This document shows positions 47,292 to 57,202 of a stretch of DNA of 64,000 bases, piece by piece. Source of the DNA: an uncultured bacterium (GTDB taxonomy: Bacteria; Edwardsbacteria; AC1; EtOH8). The notes under the pieces are model-generated. The model saw only the letters and a list, made by a program, of their open reading frames with translations. It was not told the origin of the DNA and made no database searches. The first letter of the stretch is position 1; each line of letters starts with the position of its first letter. Both the position numbers and the translations under genes were made by a program. The stretch lies in contig CAZPNX010000001.1 in the NCBI GenBank assembly GCA_964588285.1, positions 70,954 to 134,953 of the forward strand, given 5' to 3'.

Positions 47292-47496
47292 CTTGAGAAA
47301 GGCATCACGCCCGGCAGAGCCTGCCCTGAGAAAGACAGGGATACATTTACCCGTGAAGGATTGAAAGATGGCCCTTTTCCCCCGATTCCCCAAAAAAGAA
47401 ATCAGGTTGTTTCTGCCACCCTTCAACTTGACATGCAAGAAGCTCTTTTCAGGGTGACAGTTTTCGGCGCATGGCGGTAATGATGATGCCATCGGC

Positions 47497-48708
47497 TTAT
47501 CTCAAGGAAACGGTTATCATTAGCTCGGCCACAGACTCGGTGACAGTGGTGGGATCTGATACACTAAGAGCCTGGCCCAGGTTGTAGCTGCGCCGGCCGA
47601 CGTTGGCGCCGACCGCCACCGAGACCGGACCGGCCGGCACCTCGGTGCCCAGGCCGGCCTTTGCCAGGCCGATTCCCCGGTTCAGGTAGGAATTGGCGAA
47701 AGCCAGGCCGAACCTAAGCGGCAGATTGCCGGAAAGACGATGTTCGATAGAGAGTCTGTAGCTGTTGACGGCTTGCAGCCGATGATGGGGATTAAGATTG
47801 TCCTTGAGCCGGTGCCATGGAGTATAGGCGTACTCCAGCGATACTGTGGCCGGAAAATCGCTGCTGGGATGATAGGAAAGGCCCAGTGTATATCCGGCCG
47901 GATAGGTAACGCTGCTGCTGGTGTCCGTATAGAGTTCGCCCCTCCTGCTCCAAGCGGTGCCGGTGAGCTTGGCCCCGGTATTGGCCGTCAGACCTATGGC
48001 CAGTCTTCTGGAAACCAGCCCCCACAGCCCGGCCTCTATCCGTCCCCCCTTGAAGTACCTGGTGGCGCTCGAGGATCGGGACGGCGTGGCCGGGTCGTAG
48101 GAGACGATCTCGGTCCTGATCTCTTGATGGCCCTGAAGGCGCGAGAAGCCGATGCCCGCCGACAGCCTGGCCAGCGGCTGGCACGACAGCGCCAGGGTGA
48201 AGCGGTTGATCTGACCGCTGCCGACCGAATCGTGCACCTCGGTAAGATAGTAGAACCCGTCCCTCACCTCCCGATGGGACTGGTAACCGAAATCGTATTC
48301 CCGGGCCAGGCCCAGGCCGACGCCCAGGCGCGGCCAGCCGGCTGGCGACAGGGCGTAACCGGCCGAGACGCTCTTGATCCGGTGGGCAAAATAGCTGTGC
48401 AGCAGGTCGGTATTCAGCCCCACCGAATTGGAATAGGAGTCGAAGACCTCGCGGGTCCTCTTCTCCTGGGTCCAGCCGACCGTTGCGGTGGCCTGAGCCC
48501 GGATGCCCATCCTTCCAGAGAGCAGGGCCGGGTTGTCCAGCACCGGGTCACCCAGGCCGGCCACTGCCGCCACCAGCCCCATACCGGCCGAGGAGTTCCC
48601 GGAGGCGGCTTGCCCGTATTGTCCGAATTCCAGCAGGCCGGCCTGGGAACCGGCGGTTGCGGTCAACAGGGCCACCGATACTAAGGCCATTTTTCTGGCA
48701 AAATCCAT
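47497..48708 (-). CDS. Outer-membrane beta-barrel protein (hypothetical)
   Basis: Signal peptide MALVSVALLTATAGSQA and amphipathic beta-strand periodicity throughout. Confidence 0.5.
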   Translation of the reverse strand: MDFARKMALVSVALLTATAGSQAGLLEFGQYGQAASGNSSAGMGLVAAVAGLGDPVLDNPALLSGRMGIRAQATATVGWTQEKRTREVFDSYSNSVGLNTDLLHSYFAHRIKSVSAGYALSPAGWPRLGVGLGLAREYDFGYQSHREVRDGFYYLTEVHDSVGSGQINRFTLALSCQPLARLSAGIGFSRLQGHQEIRTEIVSYDPATPSRSSSATRYFKGGRIEAGLWGLVSRRLAIGLTANTGAKLTGTAWSRRGELYTDTSSSVTYPAGYTLGLSYHPSSDFPATVSLEYAYTPWHRLKDNLNPHHRLQAVNSYRLSIEHRLSGNLPLRFGLAFANSYLNRGIGLAKAGLGTEVPAGPVSVAVGANVGRRSYNLGQALSVSDPTTVTESVAELMITVSLR

Positions 48709-48728
48709 TTATATCTCCTCTTTTGCGA

Positions 48729-51416
48729 TTACCATCTTAGATCCAACTGGAGGTCCACCTTCCACAGGTCGCGGGAATCCAGGAAATCCCGCACCGGCAC
48801 TCCGGGCAAGCCGGCGTAGTAGTACTCGGACTCGGACCCATAGATGCCGTTGTAGAAGTAACGGGTGTCCTTGCCCCTGATTCCGGCCCTAATCTGCATG
48901 TTATCGGAGAGCCTGTCCGAAATGGACACGTAGTACTTGAGGCCGTCACCGTAGAGGAAGTCGATGCCCGACTCCTCGAAGATCCACTGGGACATGCCAT
49001 CGGTCCGCCAACCGGATATGCCCAACTTCAAATCCCAGGCCGGCGAGAAGTTATGCTCGAAGTTGGCGGCTATGTAGGAGCCGCTCATCAGCACGTCTCC
49101 ACCGTAAAGCTCAGAAGGCGTCAGCCTGACCTCGCCGTAGCGTACCTCGGCGTTGATATAGTCCCGCTGGGTGAGGGTGGCAAAGGTGCGCAGGGTGGTC
49201 TCCCGGGTGTTGGACCGGGTGGGCCAGGCGCTCTTGGGCAGGTGTTTGGCCTGGTACTTCTGCTTGAGGCGGAAGCGCACCGGAAAGGCCGGCCGGTACT
49301 CGATCTCGCCCTGGAACCTGACGTTGTCTAGCCCGTAGGCCAGGTTGCGCCAGAAGTCGATGTAGGCCCGGGTCAGGGTGAACTGGCGGCTGATCTGCCA
49401 CCGGGTCTCCAGATAGGTGCCGCGCTCGGCTTTGGGCGCCGGGTAGTTGACCAGCTGCTTGTAGACCGGATCTAAAAGCCGGTATTCTTTCTCCAGGACG
49501 GTGTCGTCGAACTTGACTTGTTCCTGGAAGGCCCGGCTGTAAGGATTGTCGTAGTCAACATCATAGTGCCGTTGGATCAGCAGCAGGTAAACGGTCTCGT
49601 ATTGCAAGCGGCTGGAGAGGACGTAGGCCTTCCCCCCTCCCTGCTGGCTGGCGGCCTCGCCCTCCACCGACAGATTGTCAACCACGGTGCGAAAGAAAAG
49701 ACCGCCTATTCTCCTGACGTCTCCCGACCATAGGCGGGTGAAGTTGGGATCGGAAAGATCGGCTTTGTCTCCCGGAATGTCCAGATCCAAAGCCGATGGT
49801 TTTATGGTCCGGTCGTATTGGGACCGGTAGCCGGAGACGCCCACTGTCGTTCCCACCGGCATGAAGAACAGGTCGTCCAAGTTGAGTCCCAGGCTGAAGC
49901 CGGAGGTTTTCTCGCCAAAAGCGTCGCGGTATTGGGGAAAGCGCGGCGTCATTATGAAGTAGCCATTGACCGAGCCGTCGCGGTTTAGTATCCCGTCCTT
50001 GCGGTCGTCGGAATAATAGAAGATCGGCCTCAAACGCCAAAGGCCGGCCTCCAGAGCGACGCCGCGCAGGGCGAACTCCTGGGTGGTGGTGATGTCCCCG
50101 AACAGGCCGGCCGCCCGGCTGGTCCTGCGGCTTCCGTAGAAATCGTCGTCGGTGTTGTCCATCACCAGGCCCTGCCCGATGACCACCCGGTAGTTGCCCA
50201 GAATCAGCTTGCGCACCGGCCCCAGGTCTGATAATTGGGCATAGCCCTTGGCCAGGGCCTGGCGCTCGTAGGATTCCTGACTCCACAGTCCTCCAAGCTT
50301 CATCCGGTTTCCCAGGTTCGTGACCAATCGGTGCTGGACGGAGCCGTAGTTGGGCAGACCGGCCAGGTATTGCTTCTCGGCTATCAGTCTGTCCTTGAGG
50401 GCCTGGATCTGCGGCTGGGTCCATCCGGCAATGGAGAGGATCTTACCGGTGGTCATGGTGTCATAGACCGCGTAGCCCGGAGCGAAGGCATCGATGGAAG
50501 CCTGGAGCAGGGCCTCTAGGTGTCTGAAATCCTCCTCTTCGCCGCCGTCAAGCCGGTCGTCCCAGGAGGCTTTGAGCCGATAGTTGCCGTCGAATTTGAA
50601 CTGCCGCTCCTCAGACTCCAAGGTCACGTAGTTCCTCATGTTGAGAAACCCGTAGTTGGAGAGACCCTGAACGTTGCGCCTGAGGCTGCGCCAGTCCTTT
50701 ATCTGGCCCTGGGTTCTGACATGGCGCACCACCGCGGCCGCGTCCACTGCAGTGACGTTGTCCAGCACCAGCAGATCGTCAACGCCGGCCCGATTGACGT
50801 TCATCGGCCTCAGCAAAAGTCCTTCCCAGGTATCGATGGCCCCCTTGCCCGGGCTTTCCTCGGCCGCCAGCTTGTCCTGAAGCTCGGCGATATAGCGGGT
50901 CACCTGACTTTGCTCGGAGGGCGGCGACAGTCTGACCTGCGGCCCCAATGCCCTCAGGATTTCAGGCGTCATTCCCTCCACTTCCATCAGTTGGTAAAAG
51001 CTGGTCAGGTGGCCGCGCCGGAACCGGAAAAAATGGATGTTGTCGGCCACCTTCCGCGGCAGTCCCTCTAAGGCCCTGATCTGGTCAAGCGAAGCCGAGT
51101 TCAGGTCCAGTTTATGCCGGGCCGTAACCTGAACCGTGTCCGGCTCCTGGTAGAACTCGGCCTGCTGGGCGGCGGCGGGAAATACCCATAGGAGGCCGAG
51201 CAGGAAAGCCAACACGCCGATAAAAGCTGCGGCTTTCCTGCGATCCCTGTCACCCTGAGATTGGCACGCCTGCCCTGCAGGCTGAAGGGTGACGAAGACA
51301 TCCTTCAAACGGGCAGGCAAGAAAGCAATCCTTCGAATGCCGTTCAAGAAGCCATTCTCAGGACAGGCCCCAGGTTGGCATCCATAGCTTGCTTTATTGC
51401 GGATTTCGTATCTCAT
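48729..51416 (-). CDS. Large outer-membrane protein: signal peptide + two ComEA-like helix-hairpin-helix DNA-binding domains + ~650-aa beta-barrel-like C-terminal domain
   Basis: HhH-1: LDLNSASLDQIRALEGLPRKVADNIHFFRFRRGHLTSFYQLMEVEGMTPEIL. HhH-2: MNVNRAGVDDLLVLDNVTAVDAAAVVRHVRTQGQIKDWRSL. The C-terminal 650 aa are rich in alternating aromatic/polar residues and end DLQLDLRW. ATG 51416 forms an ATGA overlap with the next gene. Confidence 0.65.
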   Translation of the reverse strand: MRYEIRNKASYGCQPGACPENGFLNGIRRIAFLPARLKDVFVTLQPAGQACQSQGDRDRRKAAAFIGVLAFLLGLLWVFPAAAQQAEFYQEPDTVQVTARHKLDLNSASLDQIRALEGLPRKVADNIHFFRFRRGHLTSFYQLMEVEGMTPEILRALGPQVRLSPPSEQSQVTRYIAELQDKLAAEESPGKGAIDTWEGLLLRPMNVNRAGVDDLLVLDNVTAVDAAAVVRHVRTQGQIKDWRSLRRNVQGLSNYGFLNMRNYVTLESEERQFKFDGNYRLKASWDDRLDGGEEEDFRHLEALLQASIDAFAPGYAVYDTMTTGKILSIAGWTQPQIQALKDRLIAEKQYLAGLPNYGSVQHRLVTNLGNRMKLGGLWSQESYERQALAKGYAQLSDLGPVRKLILGNYRVVIGQGLVMDNTDDDFYGSRRTSRAAGLFGDITTTQEFALRGVALEAGLWRLRPIFYYSDDRKDGILNRDGSVNGYFIMTPRFPQYRDAFGEKTSGFSLGLNLDDLFFMPVGTTVGVSGYRSQYDRTIKPSALDLDIPGDKADLSDPNFTRLWSGDVRRIGGLFFRTVVDNLSVEGEAASQQGGGKAYVLSSRLQYETVYLLLIQRHYDVDYDNPYSRAFQEQVKFDDTVLEKEYRLLDPVYKQLVNYPAPKAERGTYLETRWQISRQFTLTRAYIDFWRNLAYGLDNVRFQGEIEYRPAFPVRFRLKQKYQAKHLPKSAWPTRSNTRETTLRTFATLTQRDYINAEVRYGEVRLTPSELYGGDVLMSGSYIAANFEHNFSPAWDLKLGISGWRTDGMSQWIFEESGIDFLYGDGLKYYVSISDRLSDNMQIRAGIRGKDTRYFYNGIYGSESEYYYAGLPGVPVRDFLDSRDLWKVDLQLDLRW

Positions 51417-52252
51417 TTCCCTCCCCAACTGTAGCCCAGCCCGAACTGGTGGGTGCCGGATAAAGCCTCATGTCCGCCCTCGAAGGCATAGTTGACTGAA
51501 ACCCCCAAGGACTTGACGCCGAATCCCATGGTGTACAGAGTCAGCTGGCCCTCGTTTAGGATTCCGGCCCTAAGTTTTAAGCGATCCTGAGCCAGTGAGA
51601 ATTCGGATCCGAACTTGTATCTAGTGATTCTGGACGGCTCCTTGGCGGCCTCGGCCGTGCCCATAAGACCGGGAAACGGCTGGAAACCTACGCCGGCCGA
51701 GACCCAGCTGGGCAGATCGTACTGGTAAAGCGTCCCCAGGCTGGGGTGGTTGAGGTTGTGGCCGTGGATGCCGATGCTCCATTTTCGGTAGACTCTGGCC
51801 AGAAGCCCGATGTCGAAGCCGGCGGTCGAGGCCGAGCCGAAACGCTCCTGCCAGAGCCGGTAGAGGTTGACCCCCCAACCGAACGACAGCTGCCGGTTCA
51901 TGGCAAAACCGTGGGCCAGGGTCAGGGCCTGGTCTTTTTCCCAGTCGCAGCCTACTTGTTGCAGCGATACTCCGGCCCCGCCCCAACGCCCCCAGGATCT
52001 GGCTAAGCTTCCGGTGCCGTTCACCAAGCCCTTTATGTTCCAAAGCCTCTTGCCGAATACCTGCGCCTGCCAGCCCTGCAGCCCCGACAGCCCGGCCGGG
52101 TTCCACCTGACGGCCTCGATATCGTCGGCAATAGCTGTATAGGCGCCGGCCATGGCATTGGCCCGTATCCCCACCTGCCAGTCTTCGAAAGCGGCCCCGG
52201 CTACGGTTGCCGCCAAAGCCATGGACGACAGTATCAATGCAATCCTCTTCAT
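51413..52252 (-). CDS. Outer-membrane beta-barrel protein (hypothetical)
   Basis: Signal peptide MKRIALILSSMALAATVAGAA; 279 aa; beta-strand periodicity. Confidence 0.5.
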   Translation of the reverse strand: MKRIALILSSMALAATVAGAAFEDWQVGIRANAMAGAYTAIADDIEAVRWNPAGLSGLQGWQAQVFGKRLWNIKGLVNGTGSLARSWGRWGGAGVSLQQVGCDWEKDQALTLAHGFAMNRQLSFGWGVNLYRLWQERFGSASTAGFDIGLLARVYRKWSIGIHGHNLNHPSLGTLYQYDLPSWVSAGVGFQPFPGLMGTAEAAKEPSRITRYKFGSEFSLAQDRLKLRAGILNEGQLTLYTMGFGVKSLGVSVNYAFEGGHEALSGTHQFGLGYSWGGK

Positions 52253-52263
52253 CTATCTTTCTC

Positions 52264-55200
52264 CTATTTCAAAGGCGTTCCCAGAACCACCAGCTTAGTG
52301 CGGTCGACGCTTCCGCCCTGGGGCGAGACGCTGCGCAGGTGGGCGATGTAGATGCCGATGTTCGCCCTCCGCCCTATATTGTCCTTGCCGTCCCAGGGAT
52401 AGGTCTGGTGTCCGCCCGGCGCATTATTGAGGCATGTCTTCACCAGTCGTCCCTTGAGGTCGTAAATTCTCAGCGTCAGCCGGTCGGTGGCCGGAGCATT
52501 TAATTCCAGCCAGGCCACCTCGCCCCAGTCGGGTGAGAACGGGTTGGGCGTGACCCCGGCTATTACCGGAGATTCGGATGGCGGCGTCAGATCGGTGATC
52601 AACTCGATATCGGCCGGGTAGCTGCGTCCCCCGTACACGTAGGGCTCGGGGAACCGCGGCACGATCTGGTAGCCTGTCGAGTACGGCGGCTCCTTGTCGT
52701 ACTGGGAGACGATGCCGGTAACGTAGACCTTGACTCCCGAAGTCAACACCGAGTTATCGAAACCGGACGTCTCTCCATAGCGCAGGGCCACCACGGCATC
52801 GCCGTTGCGCACCTCCAGGTTGTAGCCGCCTCCGGCATAGGCGGGCGGGGCGTTGACTATGCCCTCAAAGTCGATGAGCAGACCCTCTATCGACTCTGTG
52901 GGAAACTGGTTATAGATCATGGTCTTCGGCCTGGGCAGGCTGTCGGCCAGGTCCCAGACCGAGATGTCGGCCGCCGAGGAGACGGCCACCTCAGTCACCC
53001 CGTTATACTCGGTCACCACGCCGGTGGCCACCACCCGGCGCCCTAAATCGAAGTCGCTCTTGGAGCCGCCGTAGAGGTTCACCCCGCCCGAGGCATCCTG
53101 GATATAGGAACTGGCCGCGGAGCTGGTGGAGCTGGAGATGATGTTGGCCGGACCGGTGACCACGCCCTCCACCGTCACCGTCTGCCCTACCAGCACCGGG
53201 GTGAAGCCGTCGGAGCCGGGCCGCTGAACATCGGCGATCCGGGTGGGATTGAGCAATGTGGTGAAGCTGAAGCGCACCTGGTCGGTGGTATCGTTGGAGC
53301 CCACTCCGTCTCTATTGCCGTCCAAGTACCAGCCGAAGGTGTCGCGCAGGGCATAGGAGACCCAGACGCTGACCGTCTCCCCCGGGGTCAGGGCCGGCTG
53401 TGCCTTCAGCGTCACCAGGTAGTTCAGGCTGTCGTAGGAGACCGTGAGCGGATAGTTCCCTCCCAGACTGCCGGTTACGGCAAAGTTGGCGGGTATCACG
53501 GTAGCTTGGTTCAGCGGCTTATCGAACTCCAGCCTGATGCCCACCTGCGAGGGCACGTTGGCCTTGCCGTTGGCGGGCATGGAGCTTAAGAAACGCACAG
53601 GTTTGAATTGGACGATGTCCTTAGTAAAACGCGGCAAAATCTTCCATCCATATGAGGCGTGGAAAATTCCCTGCACTCTGGCCAGACTATCGCCTATCAC
53701 TGGCGTGTAACCCAAGCGGGATAGAGAATCTAAGAAATCATCGTTGGTGGCCGGGCCGCTACCGTCGTTTATATCCCATTCGAAGTAAGAGTTGGGCACA
53801 GAGGAGACGGTAACTTTGTTGGTGGCCACCAGTACCCCCTCGTAAGCTTCGGCATTGGGATTGGCCACAGAAAGGCTGCAGGTCGGCAGTACCACCGGTT
53901 CCGGAATCTTGACGCCCTTCTTGAGAAGATTGAAGCTACTGACAGGCGAAATTTCAGTTAGTCCATAGTATTCAATGACGGTACCGCTGACCGTCACCGA
54001 ATCCCCCTCGGCCGGGAAGCGGTCACGGTCGTAGCAATAGACGCCGTTCCAGGGACCCTTGCCATCCTGGATGAAGTACATGCCCCGGCTGTTGCCAGCC
54101 CTGACCACTCCGGTCACCACACCGGCCACTGTTACGTTCTGACTAACGTAGGGCGAATTGCCCGAAGGATCGGTAGTATATTGGATGTCTCTTATGGTAA
54201 TCCCTGGTCTCAGCTTGGTGGTAAAAGAAAAGCTGGTGTCCCTAAGGGCGTTGCCCGACAGGTCGGTGATGGCCGAAGAAACGCTGACAGTAATCGTATC
54301 CTTGTACTGGAACCCCCCTACCGGCTGGATGGTCACCCGCCGGTCGCCGTTGGATAGCACCGGAGCGCCAATGGAGTACTGGGGGGTCCGGCGGCCGGTG
54401 ATGGAGAAGGCCGATGCGGTCACGCTGGACGGCAGCAGTATTTCGTTGAAGTTGATCTCCACCGAAGCGTCGACCGGGACGTACTCCTGGCCGTTGGCCG
54501 GAGAGGTTGAGGTGACGACCGGCGGGATGTAATCGGGCACCAAAGTGTAGAACGACCATGAATAATTGGCCGCCAGGCTGTCGCCGGCCGTGTCTCTGAT
54601 GGCCGTGGTCAGAGTGACGGTTACTGTGTCCGACTTGCGCAGGCTGTCTCGGACGTAATAAGTGAAGCTGGCGCTGTTACCGGCGGGCCTGATGGAGTCG
54701 GCTGGATAGTAGGTCTGCCTCCTTCCGGTCACTACGAAGCTGCTGGTGTCCACCGTGGCCCAGTTCACCAGACGGTCGAAGGTGACCGAAATGGAAGCGT
54801 TCGGAAGCACATTGGAGGCCCCGTTGGCCGGGCTGGTGGAGGCCACGTTCGGCCCGGCGGCATTGAGCCCGCTGATGTCGCCCCATTCGGTGCCCACCCT
54901 TATGCCGTCGATGTCGGCCGTCGGAGTGTAGGTCCCCTGGCGCAGGGCCAGGCGTCCGATGTCAGCCGGGTCCGAGCCGCTGATGATCTGCACCACCTGG
55001 GTCTCGGGCTGGGTCGGGCCCAGGGAGGGGTTGAGCCATAGATATACGGAATCGTTGGCCGTCCCTGAAATGAGGGCGTACTTGACAGCCACCAGATAGG
55101 TCGTGCCAGGGTTCAGATCATCGACCGCCCAGGCCGTGGCCGGAGCGCCGGATGCTCCCGAAGCCCGGATGCCTATCTTGTATGCTCCGCTGGTAATGCT

Positions 55201-55650
55201 GCGTTTAACACATATCCGGCCCACATAGGCGGTGGTGGAGGTGCTGGGCAGAAGGGCGGCCAAGTAATCACCCAAGGTGCTGGTGTCGGCCTGCATGCCG
55301 GTCAGTTCGTTCACCCGCAGCAGGAACGAGACGTAGACCGACCCGTCCGGCGCCTGGGTGGCGAACTGGCGGTAGTCGTCCTCGGCCGCGCCGTTGAGCA
55401 TGGTCACCATGTTGCCCGTGCCCGAGGACGGATAACCCGAGTAGGACAGGGAACCCGTGCCTACCCTCAGATAATTGGTCAGGCTGTCACCCGAAATCCA
55501 CACCCAGGTCCCGGCGCTGACCGTTTTCAGGCGTCCGGTGGCATAGTCGAAGTTCTCCTCCATCAGCAAAGTGGCTTCTGCGACCGGGCCCAGGAGGAAG
55601 ATCAGCGGCAGAGCCATCCAGGCCATACGCCATAATCTTGAAATAGCCAT
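52264..55650 (-). CDS. Giant T9SS-sorted surface protein with multiple Ig-like (Big) domains
   Basis: Signal peptide, repeated SPANGA/MPANGKANV Big-like domain starts and a C-terminal sorting-domain-like tail ...TPNPFSPD...LTLRIYDLKGRLV...GIYIAHL. Confidence 0.7.
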   Translation of the reverse strand: MAISRLWRMAWMALPLIFLLGPVAEATLLMEENFDYATGRLKTVSAGTWVWISGDSLTNYLRVGTGSLSYSGYPSSGTGNMVTMLNGAAEDDYRQFATQAPDGSVYVSFLLRVNELTGMQADTSTLGDYLAALLPSTSTTAYVGRICVKRSITSGAYKIGIRASGASGAPATAWAVDDLNPGTTYLVAVKYALISGTANDSVYLWLNPSLGPTQPETQVVQIISGSDPADIGRLALRQGTYTPTADIDGIRVGTEWGDISGLNAAGPNVASTSPANGASNVLPNASISVTFDRLVNWATVDTSSFVVTGRRQTYYPADSIRPAGNSASFTYYVRDSLRKSDTVTVTLTTAIRDTAGDSLAANYSWSFYTLVPDYIPPVVTSTSPANGQEYVPVDASVEINFNEILLPSSVTASAFSITGRRTPQYSIGAPVLSNGDRRVTIQPVGGFQYKDTITVSVSSAITDLSGNALRDTSFSFTTKLRPGITIRDIQYTTDPSGNSPYVSQNVTVAGVVTGVVRAGNSRGMYFIQDGKGPWNGVYCYDRDRFPAEGDSVTVSGTVIEYYGLTEISPVSSFNLLKKGVKIPEPVVLPTCSLSVANPNAEAYEGVLVATNKVTVSSVPNSYFEWDINDGSGPATNDDFLDSLSRLGYTPVIGDSLARVQGIFHASYGWKILPRFTKDIVQFKPVRFLSSMPANGKANVPSQVGIRLEFDKPLNQATVIPANFAVTGSLGGNYPLTVSYDSLNYLVTLKAQPALTPGETVSVWVSYALRDTFGWYLDGNRDGVGSNDTTDQVRFSFTTLLNPTRIADVQRPGSDGFTPVLVGQTVTVEGVVTGPANIISSSTSSAASSYIQDASGGVNLYGGSKSDFDLGRRVVATGVVTEYNGVTEVAVSSAADISVWDLADSLPRPKTMIYNQFPTESIEGLLIDFEGIVNAPPAYAGGGYNLEVRNGDAVVALRYGETSGFDNSVLTSGVKVYVTGIVSQYDKEPPYSTGYQIVPRFPEPYVYGGRSYPADIELITDLTPPSESPVIAGVTPNPFSPDWGEVAWLELNAPATDRLTLRIYDLKGRLVKTCLNNAPGGHQTYPWDGKDNIGRRANIGIYIAHLRSVSPQGGSVDRTKLVVLGTPLK

Positions 55651-55738
55651 GTGTTCCCCTTTTCTGTTTGCGTATATAATGATTTATTATCAAAGTAATG
55701 GTTTAAAATAATATCATTACATATTAAATAAGAATATG

Positions 55739-57202
55739 TTATGTCTTCTTTTTTGATTTTTTTGTCATTATTACAGTCGCGATGGAGATGACTATCAGGG
55801 GAAGCAGCGCCAGCATCGAAGTCCAGGGATTGCCTTCACGTCCATATTGCTGGTTTATCCTTTTGGCGGCATGATGTAAAGCCTCTTGCGGAGTTTTCAA
55901 GCCCTTTAAGGCGGGCTGCAGGCCCTCCTCCTCCACCACCGCCCGGCCGGTAAGCCAGGCCACCTCGCGCGGCTCGGGATAGGCATATTCGATCTGCTGG
56001 TAAGCCCGCTTAAGCCCGGGAAACCTTTTGAACTTGGCCAGCATCAGGGGATGGGCCAGAGCCGAACGCCTTACCGGCAGATAGCTGGTCTCGGCCGACC
56101 ATCGGGCTGTATTTTCGGTTCGGATGAGAAACTTGGCAAACCTCCAGGCCGAATCCATGGCCACCGAATCCTTTTGGCGCATCAAAGCCAAGTTGGTACC
56201 GGAAAGCACCACCGCCCTTCTCTTCCATCCCGGCAATGGAGCAATTCCCAGGTTGAAGGGAATCTTTTGAAGCGAAAGATAAGCCAGCGAGGCCGATGAT
56301 CCCTGGATCATGGCCACCCGGCCAGCCAGAAAATCGTTTTGGTGTTCAAAACCGGTGGTGATGTATCCTACCTTGTGTTTATTTACCAGGTCTGCCATCA
56401 GCTGCAGGGCCTCCACCCCCTGCGGACCGTCGAAGATCGCCCGGCCCGAGCTGTCGAAGATGTCGGCGCCATTTTGCAGAATCAGGCACTGGAAAAGCCA
56501 CAGGGAGTTGATGGGAAAGGCCGTTCCCCAAGTATCGGGCTTGCCGTCTCCGTTGTCGTCCTTAGTCATCCGCTTGGCCGCCTCAACGAACTTGTCCCAG
56601 GTCTCGGGAAAGCTGTCGGGATTTAATCCGGCCGATGCCAGCATGTCCCGATTGTAGTAGATTACCGGAACGCTCTTGTTGAAGGGCAGGGTGGTTATCC
56701 TGCCTTCGCGTGAGCACTCGTCCAGCATCACCGGGAAGATGTCGGACAGGTCGGTCGAGTCCATTCCCTCCGGTCCGCCGATGAAATCTTGAAAAGGCCT
56801 GACCGCGTCCTTCTCCAGGAGCTGGCTGGTCCAGGCTTCGTAGGATTGGGTGATCTGGGGCAGGTTGCCGGCCGCGGCCGCGGCCATAAGTTTCTGGGAT
56901 AATGCGGTGTAGTTTCCCATGTTCACCGCCGAAACCCCGATTCCGGATTCCCTCCGAAAACCCTCGGTCAGCGAATCCAGGGTGGCTTTGAGCGGCCCGC
57001 CCATGACGTGCCACAGGGTAATCCTTTTTACCGGCTCCCCTGATGCCGTTTGAGTAGAAATCACTCCGGCAGCAAGGACCGCTATGGCCGCCAGAAAAAT
57101 TGCTTTGTATTCCGGTCCCCTCAATTCTACACCCGCATCGCTTTTATGATTTCTGCCTTCTGGCTTCGGCGTTGTCCTACTCTTTGATCCCGCTGGAGAC
57201 AA
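55739..57202 (-). CDS. Sugar ABC transporter substrate-binding protein with an extra C-terminal transmembrane anchor
   Basis: SBP family-1 core. C-terminal MLALLPLIVISIATVIMTKKSKKKT is a hydrophobic helix followed by a basic tail. Confidence 0.8.
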   Translation of the reverse strand: MSPAGSKSRTTPKPEGRNHKSDAGVELRGPEYKAIFLAAIAVLAAGVISTQTASGEPVKRITLWHVMGGPLKATLDSLTEGFRRESGIGVSAVNMGNYTALSQKLMAAAAAGNLPQITQSYEAWTSQLLEKDAVRPFQDFIGGPEGMDSTDLSDIFPVMLDECSREGRITTLPFNKSVPVIYYNRDMLASAGLNPDSFPETWDKFVEAAKRMTKDDNGDGKPDTWGTAFPINSLWLFQCLILQNGADIFDSSGRAIFDGPQGVEALQLMADLVNKHKVGYITTGFEHQNDFLAGRVAMIQGSSASLAYLSLQKIPFNLGIAPLPGWKRRAVVLSGTNLALMRQKDSVAMDSAWRFAKFLIRTENTARWSAETSYLPVRRSALAHPLMLAKFKRFPGLKRAYQQIEYAYPEPREVAWLTGRAVVEEEGLQPALKGLKTPQEALHHAAKRINQQYGREGNPWTSMLALLPLIVISIATVIMTKKSKKKT

